This document shows positions 53,087 to 63,133 of a stretch of 64,000 bases of DNA, in pieces; the first letter of the stretch is position 1, and each line of letters starts with the position of its first letter. Below the pieces are notes generated by a model that was not told where the DNA came from, searched no databases, and saw nothing but the letters and a program-made list of their open reading frames with translations. Origin of the DNA: Candidatus Poribacteria bacterium (GTDB lineage: Bacteria > Poribacteria > WGA-4E > WGA-3G); NCBI GenBank assembly GCA_965242965.1, contig OZ251518.1:2432001-2496000 (forward strand). The letters are read 5' to 3'. The position numbers were made by a program, and so were the translations under genes.

Positions 53087-54999
53087 TGCAACAACGCACC
53101 CACTCCAGCCTTTCCGCGCGAGCCGTGATTATCGGGCTCGTCTGCGCTACTACCGAATGCCTGCTCGCGCCCTATAACGATTACGTTATCCGCAACATCT
53201 TCCTCGCAGGCGGACACTTTCCGGTCGCGCCCTTCTTTGTGCTGACTGTTTTCGTGCTCGGCATCAACGTCCTGTTAAAACAGTTCCGCCCATCTGCCGC
53301 GCTTTCCACCGGCGAACTTGTCACGATTTGGTGCATCATGCTCGCCCCGGCAGGCATCCCGTCTTCCGGGATGATGCGCTATGCTCTCAGCCCGATGGTG
53401 GCTTACCAATATCTCGCCACACCGGAAAATGACTGGGAGGCACTCTTTTCTCACTATATCCCGCAGTGGCGTATCGTGCGCGACCCGACGGCTGCAAGTG
53501 CCTTTTATGAAGGCTTGTTCGCAGGCGAATCCGTGCCATGGGGCCCGTGGATAACCCCCATCCTCGTTTGGAGTGCCTACGTCCTCGTTATCTATTTCGT
53601 GATGATCTGCCTTTCAGTGCTTCTGCGCAAGCAGTGGGTGGAATATGAACGCTGCGCCTTTCCACTCGTGAAACTCCCCGTAGAAATGGCGGCGCAAGGC
53701 ACTGGACGGCTCGGACCGGTTTTTAAGAACAGCGCGCTCTGGTTCGGATTCGCGTTCCCGGTATTCCTGCATACCATGAATGGACTCCACACGTTCTTCC
53801 CTTCAATGCCGCATGTGCCGCGCGACTTTTGGCTGAACCCCTATCTCACGGAAAGACCATGGAACTCGCTCCGGCCGTTCCAAATCGTTATCTTCTGGTC
53901 GATGGTAGGATTCAGTTATCTGCTCACCTTGGAGGTATCGTTCAGCATCTGGTTCTTCTTCGTGTTTTACAAACTGCAATGCCTCATCGGCGCGATACTC
54001 GGTTTCCAACTCAGTTCGGGTCCGGGGGTTCAGTGGACAGGCAAGTCGTTTAGCGCGGCACAAGAAGCAGGCGCGTGCCTGGCGTTTGTCGCCATCGCGC
54101 TGTGGAAAACGCGGCATCACATAAAAAACATGCTCCAATTTCGGAAATCAGATGAGGCACTGCCCCACAGCGTCACTATCATCGGCCTCCTCGGTGGTAT
54201 CTGCGTCCTCGCTTTTTTCAACCATCTGATGGGCATGTCGCTCTTCTTCGCGTTCGGGTTTGTGCTGTTCCTGCTGGCGATGTATGTCGTGCTGACATGG
54301 CAGGTGATTAACGGCGGTATCCCGTTTATCAATCCCTCGTTTTCGCCGCAGAGTTTTTTCCTTACCACACTCGGCACCTCACGCATCCATCCTTCAACGG
54401 TAACCTCGCTGATGATGCACCCGGTCTGCCTGACACTCGATCTTCGTGAATTCATGATGCCGAACATCATGAACGGGCTGAAAGCGGCTGACGATGCGCG
54501 CCTCAAACGGCGACAACTGCTCATCGCCATGGCGGTTGCGATGGTAATCGGGCTCGCTGTCTCCTATTACTCGGCGATAAGAATCAGTTATGCCCACGGT
54601 GCGCCCTATACCGGCGGCAGTTGGTTCATGCGGCAACTTGAAGGCCTCCTTACCAGCCCGAAAACAAGCACGAATTGGACGAACACCGGGTTCATCTTTG
54701 TAGGGAGCGGCGTTACGCTGTGGTTGATGTGGATGCGTCAAACGTTCGTGTGGTGGCCCCTCCACCCGCTCGGCTATACGATGCTGAGCTCGTGGGCAAC
54801 GTTTAAGTTGTGGTTTTCAATCTTTTTAGGGTGGGGATTGAAGTTTACTATCGTCAAATACGGTGGATTGAAGGCGTACCGGCAAGCGCGCCCTGTCTTC
54901 CTCGGCTTAGTCATCGGAGAGATGACGTGCGCCGGACTCTGGGCAATCCTTGGAATGATTACGGGGATTAGCACGGGGTATCGGATTTTGCCGGATTAA
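53086..54999 (+). CDS. Polytopic membrane protein (DUF6785/DUF6784-like putative transporter)
   Basis: RKQWVEYERCAFPL, WWPLHPLGY, YGGLKAYRQARPVFLGLVIGE. Confidence 0.75.
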   Translation: MQQRTHSSLSARAVIIGLVCATTECLLAPYNDYVIRNIFLAGGHFPVAPFFVLTVFVLGINVLLKQFRPSAALSTGELVTIWCIMLAPAGIPSSGMMRYALSPMVAYQYLATPENDWEALFSHYIPQWRIVRDPTAASAFYEGLFAGESVPWGPWITPILVWSAYVLVIYFVMICLSVLLRKQWVEYERCAFPLVKLPVEMAAQGTGRLGPVFKNSALWFGFAFPVFLHTMNGLHTFFPSMPHVPRDFWLNPYLTERPWNSLRPFQIVIFWSMVGFSYLLTLEVSFSIWFFFVFYKLQCLIGAILGFQLSSGPGVQWTGKSFSAAQEAGACLAFVAIALWKTRHHIKNMLQFRKSDEALPHSVTIIGLLGGICVLAFFNHLMGMSLFFAFGFVLFLLAMYVVLTWQVINGGIPFINPSFSPQSFFLTTLGTSRIHPSTVTSLMMHPVCLTLDLREFMMPNIMNGLKAADDARLKRRQLLIAMAVAMVIGLAVSYYSAIRISYAHGAPYTGGSWFMRQLEGLLTSPKTSTNWTNTGFIFVGSGVTLWLMWMRQTFVWWPLHPLGYTMLSSWATFKLWFSIFLGWGLKFTIVKYGGLKAYRQARPVFLGLVIGEMTCAGLWAILGMITGISTGYRILPD

Positions 55000-55032
55000 T
55001 ACAAAAAACGGACGGATAGAAAAATTTGCACA

Positions 55033-55842
55033 TTACGCGGACAAGATGCGCTCCATTCTCGCTTGCACCTGCGCTTTCATCTCAGGGTGTGTGAAAATGT
55101 AGAAATCGCCGTTCTGGATGGCGCGATAGACATGTTCCGCTACTTCTGCAGGCGATATCCCCGCCTCCATCTCGGCGCGGGCATTCCGGGAGCTGCCTAT
55201 TTGCGTCGCGTCCGATGACTGCGGCCGGTTCCGTTCTGAATCCAGAATGCCGGTGCGCACCCAGCCCGGACACAGCACATGCACCTGAATCTTCGCGCCT
55301 TTTTGCGCCAATTCAGCGGCGAGGGTTTCGGAAAGCGCGACTACGCCGTGTTTGCTTACCTTATAGATGCCTTCGCCCGCGCCGCCGACTAATCCCAAAA
55401 TCGAGGCGGTGTTAACGATATGACATTCAGTCTCTTGCGCGAGCATGCGCGGCACAAACGCACGGATGCCGTGAATGACACCCCACAGGTTCACGCCGAG
55501 CACCCATTCCCAATCGGCGAGGGAATGCTCCCACACGGGGCGACTGCAAACGACACCAGCGTTGTTGCACAAAATATGCACCGCGCCGAAAGTCTCCAAC
55601 GTCTGTTTTGCTAGGTTTTTGACATCAGCGGCGTTGGAGACATCGGTTTTGACAGCGATAACTGTTGCGCCAGCGGCGGTAAGAGAAGCCGTAACTTCTG
55701 CTAATGGCTGCTCTTCCACATCGGCGAGGACAACCTTCATGCCTTCGGCGGCGAATCGTTCCGCCATCGCCCGGCCGATGCCGCTCGCGGCACCGGTGAC
55801 GACAGCAACTTTCTCTTTTTGAGGAGAAGTTGTATGATTCAT
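55033..55842 (-). CDS. Short-chain dehydrogenase/reductase
   Basis: TGAASGIG, NNAG, YKVSK. Confidence 0.92.
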   Translation of the reverse strand: MNHTTSPQKEKVAVVTGAASGIGRAMAERFAAEGMKVVLADVEEQPLAEVTASLTAAGATVIAVKTDVSNAADVKNLAKQTLETFGAVHILCNNAGVVCSRPVWEHSLADWEWVLGVNLWGVIHGIRAFVPRMLAQETECHIVNTASILGLVGGAGEGIYKVSKHGVVALSETLAAELAQKGAKIQVHVLCPGWVRTGILDSERNRPQSSDATQIGSSRNARAEMEAGISPAEVAEHVYRAIQNGDFYIFTHPEMKAQVQARMERILSA

Positions 55843-56409
55843 TTATTCAAAAAATTTCGCCACCTCACAGGAAAAGCCTTCAACGACATCTTCACCGGTG
55901 AGGGTATCTCCGTCCATGAGGAGTTTGTAAGTGCCGGGTTGATATACAGCCACCGTATTCAACACCGGGTCGAGCACCCAAACCATTGAGGTGCCGGCAT
56001 CTAGGTAGGCTTGCACCTTCTCCGAAACGCCCGATTGCGTATCTGTGGGCGAAACTACCTCAATCGCCAGGTCTGGCGGCACAGGGGAGGCTTTTTTTCT
56101 ATTTTTAGGCAGGCGCGCTGTCGAAACAAACGCGACATCTGGCATCAACACGCGTTCCCCGACTTGGAAACCGGTATCTGACGTATAGACGCGTCCCAAT
56201 TGATTCTCGCGGATGTGCGACAGCAGATGCCAAAACATATTCGCTCCAATGTCCCCGTGTTCTAACGACGTAGGCGACATAGGGATTAATTCTCCTTTGA
56301 TGTATTCGTATCCCTCTAAGTCGCTGGCAAGAAATTCCTCTAACGTCATCGTGATAGGTGCCGGCGGCGGCATTTCTTGCGCGAAGGGATGCAGTTCAGG
56401 TGAAGTCAT
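55843..56409 (-). CDS. Uma2/DUF820 family endonuclease
   Basis: YEYIKGEL, PDVAFV, PDLAIEVVSP, KVQAY, VWVLDP. Confidence 0.9.
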   Translation of the reverse strand: MTSPELHPFAQEMPPPAPITMTLEEFLASDLEGYEYIKGELIPMSPTSLEHGDIGANMFWHLLSHIRENQLGRVYTSDTGFQVGERVLMPDVAFVSTARLPKNRKKASPVPPDLAIEVVSPTDTQSGVSEKVQAYLDAGTSMVWVLDPVLNTVAVYQPGTYKLLMDGDTLTGEDVVEGFSCEVAKFFE

Positions 56410-56439
56410 GAGTTTGTCCTTCCTTATCATTTAAGCCGA

Positions 56440-57006
56440 CTATTCAAAAAATTTCGCCACCTCACAGGAGAAGCCTTCAATGACATCTTCGCCTGTAAGC
56501 GTGTCGCTGCCAGAGAGATGTTTGACTGCCTGAACTGGGCGGTAAACCGTTACCGTCTGCATCACAGATTCAACAATCCATACCATCTGTGTTCCGGCAT
56601 CCATATATGCTTGGACTTTTTCCAAAACCTTCCACAGAGTATCCGTTGGAGAAATCACTTCAACCGCCAACTCTGGTGGCGCGGGCGAAGGATGCCTGCC
56701 TTCCTCTGGCAGCTGGGCAGTGGAGAGAAACGCGACATCGGGTTTCAGGACGCGTTCGCCGACCCGGAATCCGCCTTCCGAGACGACGCTTCCCAACCGA
56801 TTCTCACGGACATGCCGCTGCAAATACCAAGAAACGTTGCTACTTATCTTCGCATGCTCCCACGATGGAGAGGACATAGGGACTAATTCTCCTTTGACGT
56901 ATTCGTATCCCTCTAAGTCGCTGGCAAGAAATTCCTCTAACGTCATCGTGATGGGTGCCGGCGGCGGCATTTCTTGCGCGAAGGGATGCAGTTCGGGTGA
57001 AGTCAT
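56440..57006 (-). CDS. Uma2/DUF820 family endonuclease (tandem paralogue)
   Basis: Same motifs; near-identical N-terminus to its neighbour. Confidence 0.9.
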   Translation of the reverse strand: MTSPELHPFAQEMPPPAPITMTLEEFLASDLEGYEYVKGELVPMSSPSWEHAKISSNVSWYLQRHVRENRLGSVVSEGGFRVGERVLKPDVAFLSTAQLPEEGRHPSPAPPELAVEVISPTDTLWKVLEKVQAYMDAGTQMVWIVESVMQTVTVYRPVQAVKHLSGSDTLTGEDVIEGFSCEVAKFFE

Positions 57007-57099
57007 GCTTTTGTCCTTCCTTACGCATTGTTTTTTTACAATTATTATACACGAAATTGCAACGCGTGTCAATGTAAAAAAGTGCATCCATCGCTCAGG

Positions 57100-57785
57100 T
57101 CCTACGGACCTAGAAGAGGTGTTTGATAGACCGAAGCATGGCGAGGGACAGGCCCTCGCCCTACGGGGAGGGGGCCGTTTTTCAGTCAAGAAGATGTCCC
57201 GTTACCGTAGCGCGGGGGCCTGTCCCCCGCGATCGTTCGATAGCCCGCAGCATGGCGAGGGACAGGCCATCGCCCTACGGTGATAGGGGCCGTTCTGTCA
57301 AGAAGATGTCCGGTTACCGTAGCGCGGGGGCCTGTCCCCCGCGATGCCTCTAGGTGTCTGAATCAGGATTCACAAGATTCTAGGATTTGCAGGATTATCT
57401 CCCGCGCGGCGGCGAAATCGCTTTTGAAAAAAACGTCTCTTCAGGTCCTTTAGGTCCTGCATGTCTATAGAAAAACGTGTCGGCCCGTTTTCAAGGTCCT
57501 TTAGGTCCTTAATAACACGCGAGCCAGGCGTTGCGGCTGCACATTAAGGTCCTACAGACCTTAAGAGCCTTCGCGGCGCGAGGAGCTATAGACATTTAGG
57601 TCCTACGGACCTAAAAGAGCGATTTGATAGATCGCAGCACGGCGAGGGACAGGCCCTCGCCCTACGATAAAGGGGGCCGTTTTTCGGCCAAGAACCCCTC
57701 CGGTTACCGTAGCGCGGGGGCCTGTCCCCCGCGATCGTTCGATAGACCGGAGCATGGCGAGGGACAGGCCCTCGCCCTACGGTGA
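57100..57785. repeat. REP mosaic
   Basis: GTAG hairpins; 57440-57615 is an inverted copy of about 5330-5510. Confidence 0.8.
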
Positions 57786-57803
57786 GGGGGGGGCGGTTTT
57801 TCC

Positions 57804-60800
57804 CTACGCGGAAAGGGAAGGCAACTCCCCAACCAACCGCACCGTCTCTTCACTAACACGCATCACTTGCCCGACCAACCGAACGATATATTGCCCATCT
57901 TCACCATTCGGATCGGAGACAAGACCACTCCCATTTGGATCGGGTTTGACGCGATAGCGATCGATGAGCCATTCTAATGCCGAACGAGTGCCCAAACGAT
58001 AATCAAATACCTCTGGCGGAATATCCACTACCGTCAGAGATTCATTGTAGCGGAGTTGCGTCTTGTCTTTGGATAATTCCATCTTCTCGACGCGCCAATT
58101 GAGCGGCGGGGTTTCGATGAGGTTAGGCATCACGTCAAGGGTTTCATAGTTGACGTGCAAGTCTGCCAAAGCACGCCCGATGTTCACGAATCCCCAGAAA
58201 TCCGGCGCGAAAGGCAGATGCGGCAAGTCGTGCTTGAGGTTGACCTGATATGTCTCGCGATAATCAGGATGATGCAAAAGCGCGTAATTGTAGTGGAAAA
58301 TGTCCCATTTGGTGATGGTTTCGTCGCCGTAGTGCGTTCGGAAATGGGACAATGCCCAATCGGTGATGTTTTCTCGGCGGTTGGTGCCATCCTCGTCGTA
58401 GATATAGAAGGGAAAGCACTGGTCTGCATCAAGCGTAATCAATGCAGTATTCGGGATGACATTTGTCATACAACACCAAAACGGCGCACGGCCCCCAGGA
58501 CCAGGGACACAAATCACGCGATTCTCCTCTTCGGTTTGAGGTGTTGGAAAAATAGAGGGCATCCCGTAAACCCTTTGGATCATCAACCTGTCAAAATAGA
58601 GATGCATTTTTGTGAATGGACGATACAGGGACATGCGAATCTTTTCGGGCGAAAACTCGACCCGCGTTCCTTTTTCCAATGCTGCTTTCAGCCGGTCTGT
58701 CCACTTAATTTGGGCGCGGTCAGCGTTCACAAAATCGTTGACAGAGAGCTGCCTGTCGGTGCGGCGTTCCCACCGAGACGTTTCGGCGTTGTAGAACTCT
58801 ATCATCCGCTGCATGTTTTCTACCAACTGTTCCTTCCTGAAATGATACACCCATGCATCGCGGCTCGTGGAAACACCGAGGCTGTAAGTTTTAAAAATCG
58901 TGCCTTCTGTCTCGCCTTTCGCCGCCTTTGCCGCTTTGGTGCCCATCGGGAGGAACGTGTTAAAGTCGGTTGCAAGTCCCTCGGTGAGCCATATCTGACG
59001 CGCGCTCGGCTGAATCTCGCGCCACTTGACATTGCCGAGGTGTGCGTTTTCTGTGAGAAATTGGAACGTGCGCTCTTTCGGGAGTGCCGCCGCCTCATCG
59101 CTATAGCGGATACGCGCGCTGCCCTCGCGCGGCTGCCCCGTTTTCACGAAGAAGTTAATGCTCACCCCAACGGTAATGCCGAACACATTCGCAGTGCCGG
59201 GTTGGCCCTTGCGAATGTTGCCACCGAGGTCCAGCATGTAAAGCCAGTCAAATTCCTCGGCGAGGCATTGCCGCAAGCCATCAAACTGCTTCGCGTCAAT
59301 GAAACTATTATTCGTTATCACCGCAATGATGCCGGCTTCGCGGATTTTATCCGATGCCCAGCGGAGGGATTTGACATAAGGATCGTAGAGCTTGTTGTTC
59401 AACTGTGCGGTGGAGGCGGCGACGTAGGTGGCGCGCACACGGTTATCCACTGCCTCGTGTTGCCGGTTCTGATTGTTATCGTTTTCGTTCTGCTGTCCGG
59501 CGTTGTAGGGCGGATTCCCGATGACAACGAACATCGGTGTCTCCTTTTGCTCTCGAACGCGCATCGTATTCTCTGGCGTAAAATAGGCGAATTCGCCGGT
59601 CTGATTCGGCGCATCCATGAGCCCGAAAGTATCAAACGTATCCACGAAGCAGATGTGCTTGAAGGGTTCGTATCGCCCCATTTTTTCATAATAGGCGTGC
59701 TCAATGTTCATCGTGGCGATGTAGTAAGGCAACAACATTACCTCGTTGCAGTGGAGTTCGCCTTTATACTTCTTGTCCAGCGCGATGCCGGGGATGTCTT
59801 GCATCAGGCGGACGATGAAGTTGCCGGTGCCCACAAACGGGTCGATGATATGAACCCCTGTATCGGCCAGCGATTTGCCGAAATGGGTTTTCAGGAGATG
59901 CTGAACGCTGTTCACCATGAAATCGACGATGGGCTGCGGCGTGTAGACAACGCCGTGTCTATCGGCATCCTTGACAGAGAAATCTTGGAAGAAGCGTTGG
60001 TAGAGCGTGTTGAGAAAATCTTGCTTCTGAGAATAATCGGTGAGCGTCCGCGCCGTATTTTCAATCGCGTCGTAAAAAGGGTTGAGTTCTCTGAAGAACT
60101 GGTCTCTGTCAAAGGCGTATCGCGTGAGGACATCGATGACGCTCTCAATCTCGCGGGCGATGATATTGCGTCGGGTGAAGTCGCGGTTGCTGAAAATCGT
60201 GGCGAAGATACGTTCCGTCATGAGGTGTTGCGTGAGCATCCGTTCGACTTCTGCCTCGGCGAGATTCGGGTTGATTGCGTCTCGGCACTGCTGATGGAAG
60301 TTCGCGAACGCGTCTCGGAATTCGGGGGTATTCTGGCGTTCGGTTTGGATGAGTGCTTCAAGTTTCGCGCCGAGCTGAGGAATGGTATCTTGGAAGGTAT
60401 TGACAGCGGCATCCCACTCGGCGAGATTCTCCGCCGTGTAGGCGAAGAAGGTTTCAAGGAGTTGGATGAGATCGCGCGGCTCGGTGATGTCTACATCCAA
60501 GATAAGCGCGCCGTTTTGATAGAGGATTGCGCGGTTCGGGGTTTGGAAGATGATGTTTTTGGCGGGATAGCCCGTGGCAAATTTCTGTTGTGCTTCAGCG
60601 GGTAGATCATCGAGGAGATCTTTCGCCTCCCAGTGGCCGAAGATGAGTCCGAAGTCGGTGACGATTTCGCCATCGATGCGGATGTGGTTTCCGTTGGGGG
60701 TGGTGCGCGTCTTTTCGCATATCAGCGTGAGGTTGCGTTGTCCGCAGTAGTATTGCAGGAGCGTTTGGAAGGCGACGCGGACGGCACCTTCATGTTGCGC

Positions 60801-60875
60801 GCCGAGTTTCGCATAACGTTCAAGCTCAGCGTAATAGTTTTTTATGGGTTTGTGTGTCGGTTTGATGTTCAGCAT
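57804..60875 (-). CDS. Restriction-modification enzyme with type ISP-like MTase/TRD and N-terminal nuclease, no helicase
   Basis: IDG..WEAKD, GVVYTP, IIDPFVGTGNF, IGNPPY, LYRPF and TKWDIFHY C-terminal signatures. Confidence 0.85.
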   Translation of the reverse strand: MLNIKPTHKPIKNYYAELERYAKLGAQHEGAVRVAFQTLLQYYCGQRNLTLICEKTRTTPNGNHIRIDGEIVTDFGLIFGHWEAKDLLDDLPAEAQQKFATGYPAKNIIFQTPNRAILYQNGALILDVDITEPRDLIQLLETFFAYTAENLAEWDAAVNTFQDTIPQLGAKLEALIQTERQNTPEFRDAFANFHQQCRDAINPNLAEAEVERMLTQHLMTERIFATIFSNRDFTRRNIIAREIESVIDVLTRYAFDRDQFFRELNPFYDAIENTARTLTDYSQKQDFLNTLYQRFFQDFSVKDADRHGVVYTPQPIVDFMVNSVQHLLKTHFGKSLADTGVHIIDPFVGTGNFIVRLMQDIPGIALDKKYKGELHCNEVMLLPYYIATMNIEHAYYEKMGRYEPFKHICFVDTFDTFGLMDAPNQTGEFAYFTPENTMRVREQKETPMFVVIGNPPYNAGQQNENDNNQNRQHEAVDNRVRATYVAASTAQLNNKLYDPYVKSLRWASDKIREAGIIAVITNNSFIDAKQFDGLRQCLAEEFDWLYMLDLGGNIRKGQPGTANVFGITVGVSINFFVKTGQPREGSARIRYSDEAAALPKERTFQFLTENAHLGNVKWREIQPSARQIWLTEGLATDFNTFLPMGTKAAKAAKGETEGTIFKTYSLGVSTSRDAWVYHFRKEQLVENMQRMIEFYNAETSRWERRTDRQLSVNDFVNADRAQIKWTDRLKAALEKGTRVEFSPEKIRMSLYRPFTKMHLYFDRLMIQRVYGMPSIFPTPQTEEENRVICVPGPGGRAPFWCCMTNVIPNTALITLDADQCFPFYIYDEDGTNRRENITDWALSHFRTHYGDETITKWDIFHYNYALLHHPDYRETYQVNLKHDLPHLPFAPDFWGFVNIGRALADLHVNYETLDVMPNLIETPPLNWRVEKMELSKDKTQLRYNESLTVVDIPPEVFDYRLGTRSALEWLIDRYRVKPDPNGSGLVSDPNGEDGQYIVRLVGQVMRVSEETVRLVGELPSLSA

Positions 60876-60954
60876 TGTTTTTCCTCCGTGTTTTGGGGTT
60901 ATGAGCATTTTAACGTAAATCAAGATAAATTGCAAGGGAAAAAACGGGGCATGA

Positions 60955-61279
60955 AACGATCGCGGGGGAAACCCTCTCGGATGCGCGTATGGCATCCGAG
61001 GGCCCCCGCGCTACGGTATCCGGAAACGGCTCCCTTTACCGTAGGGCGAGGGCCTGTCCCTCGCCATGCAACGATCGCGGGGGACAGGCCCCCGCGCTAC
61101 GGGCCCGGATGGGGTTCTCCTCTCCATGCGCCGTTCGGGATTAGGCGATCCCGAACTACGGTTACTAGGGCACGCCGACGATCGCGGGGGACAGGCCCCC
61201 GCGCTACGGGACTCTGTAGTTTGCGATCGCCTGATCGCAAATGGCCCCGCGATGTTGAGCAAATTATGAAACCCCCTCA
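60955..61279. repeat. REP cluster ending in a MITE-type TIR
   Basis: GTAG hairpins; TTATGAAACCCCCTC at about 61264. Confidence 0.75.
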
Positions 61280-61280
61280 T

Positions 61281-62630
61281 CTAACCCGCCAACCGCCGCA
61301 ACACATTATGCGTTATCCTTTCAACAACCACATCACCACCTGCTAAACCGTGGGACCAGTCTGTCGTCGCCGCTGTGAAGACAGTGCCGCCTTTTGTATA
61401 GATACCCATCGTCGCCGCACCCGTGCGGCCCTTTTCCCACCGCTCATACCACTCACAATCATCGGGATGCCAGCGGACCGGGGCAGTCGCGAGGACAGTA
61501 AACCCCGCCGGGGTCCCGTCGCGATGCGTCGGGACAGGGAGGCCATTCTCATAAATTAACTCGCAGCCATCGCATTCATAACCGACAATCGTGTCTTTTC
61601 CGCCGAAGGTGTCGTTCCGCGAAAGGTTCGTGCCTTCAAATACCCAATGTTCAGGACGATGCACCGTGTATTCCGCCGGGCCATCCATGAATTGTCCATG
61701 GCTCCGATGATAGCCGCCATACAAGAACCCAACCCCTGTCAACGCATTTTCCGGTCTGCCAACGAGATGGTGACTCCACAAGGTGCTCAGTGTGCTATAA
61801 TCCCCGGTTTTGTAAACCGGATCTTGGTGAAAATTCTGTTTCCAGCAGACGAGCGCGCGACCTGCATCTTCGGAACGCACCTGCCAACAGACTGAATTGC
61901 CGCTAAAAAACGCTGCGTTTCCGCCGTTGGAAATGAACGTTTCAAGAGAATCTCGCATTGCGGAAGACCAGTACTCATCGTGTCCGATGCTCAACACCAA
62001 CCGATAGTTCTCCAAAAGTTCTGGACAGAATTCCAAATCAGAATTCGCGGCGTAATCCAGCGCGTAACCGTTCTGCTCTGCCCAAATAATAAAAGGCAAT
62101 TCCCACTGCTTGAAGATGCCGACGGCAGGCCTGTCAAAAGAGACGCGATTGCCCTGCAACTGGCTTCGTCCGTGATACCCATACAGACTGAAGCCTCCCC
62201 AATTGTTATAGGCGTTATAGGTATTGGTAGAGAGTTGGAGCAAAATAGGGGTATCCGCCGCTGGCTTCGCCGGGCGCACGATGAAAAAGAGTTTGCTTTC
62301 GGCGGTGCGGCGGTTTCTATAAACGTAAGTGCCGCCGCTATCTGTCGCGCGGAGTGTGCCTTCATAATAGCCGCTCTGCCACGTTTCTGGCACGGCAAGC
62401 GTGAAAGATGTCGGCCAGCCGCATCCGTGCGATGAGGCATCTTCGGGGATAGGATGCGCCGCACCGGGGAGTTCGGATTGGTTAAAGACAACTTCGCGCG
62501 TCGCGCCGAGGCGCGCAATCTCAAGCGAATAGTGCGCCGCACTCGTTGAAACGCGGAATTCAACCTCTTCGCCGGGCGCGTAACTCAGCTGGTGTGTGTA
62601 TCCGTCAATATAGAGCGTGCTGGTTTCCAT
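61281..62630 (-). CDS. N,N-dimethylformamidase beta-subunit-like domain protein
   Basis: TYNAYNNWGG, VSFDRP, GHDEYWS, FFSGN, GYECD. Confidence 0.8.
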   Translation of the reverse strand: METSTLYIDGYTHQLSYAPGEEVEFRVSTSAAHYSLEIARLGATREVVFNQSELPGAAHPIPEDASSHGCGWPTSFTLAVPETWQSGYYEGTLRATDSGGTYVYRNRRTAESKLFFIVRPAKPAADTPILLQLSTNTYNAYNNWGGFSLYGYHGRSQLQGNRVSFDRPAVGIFKQWELPFIIWAEQNGYALDYAANSDLEFCPELLENYRLVLSIGHDEYWSSAMRDSLETFISNGGNAAFFSGNSVCWQVRSEDAGRALVCWKQNFHQDPVYKTGDYSTLSTLWSHHLVGRPENALTGVGFLYGGYHRSHGQFMDGPAEYTVHRPEHWVFEGTNLSRNDTFGGKDTIVGYECDGCELIYENGLPVPTHRDGTPAGFTVLATAPVRWHPDDCEWYERWEKGRTGAATMGIYTKGGTVFTAATTDWSHGLAGGDVVVERITHNVLRRLAG

Positions 62631-62656
62631 GGAGATCCTCCTTTGTCATTTAGCAT

Positions 62657-63024
62657 GAGGGTGTGTCATAAATCGATGCCCGCGGGGTAGGAGAGACCTC
62701 CTGGTCTCGATGCGGTAGGTCGGCGAGCCTACCAGGGCAGCGGCGGCAGAAAGCCACCCTTCATCGTAGGGCGAGGGCCTGTCCGTCGCCATCGTTCGCG
62801 CTACGGAAAAAACGTCTCTGGTTCTCTTCAGGTCCTAAAGGACCTAAAACGCCATCTCTTGACGATGGCCAACGCGGGGGAAACCCGCTCGCCTGCGCGT
62901 ATGGCATCCGAGGGCCCCACGCTACGGGATAATCGAGACCGGGAGGTTTCTCCTACCAAGAGGGCATCGCTTGCAGCGAGACCGGGAGGTCTCTCCTACC
63001 GAAACGGAGTTATGAAACACCGTC
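62657..63024. mobile_element. MITE-like element with REP cargo
   Basis: GAGGGTGTGTCATAA...TTATGAAACACCGTC; perfect 9-bp flanking duplication ATTTAGCAT (62648-62656 and 63025-63033). Confidence 0.8.
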
Positions 63025-63133
63025 ATTTAGCATATCATTTTATCGGCGGAATGTCAAGTGCAAGAAATTTCTTGCATTTTTCTGTGAAATTCGGCATAAT
63101 AAGAGATGCAAACTTACAGATGGGGATAATTAG

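Noticed and set aside
58155-60605. 816-aa ORF on the + strand
   Set aside because: Antisense shadow of the R-M gene; no motifs or RBS, and composition typical of a reverse-frame translation.
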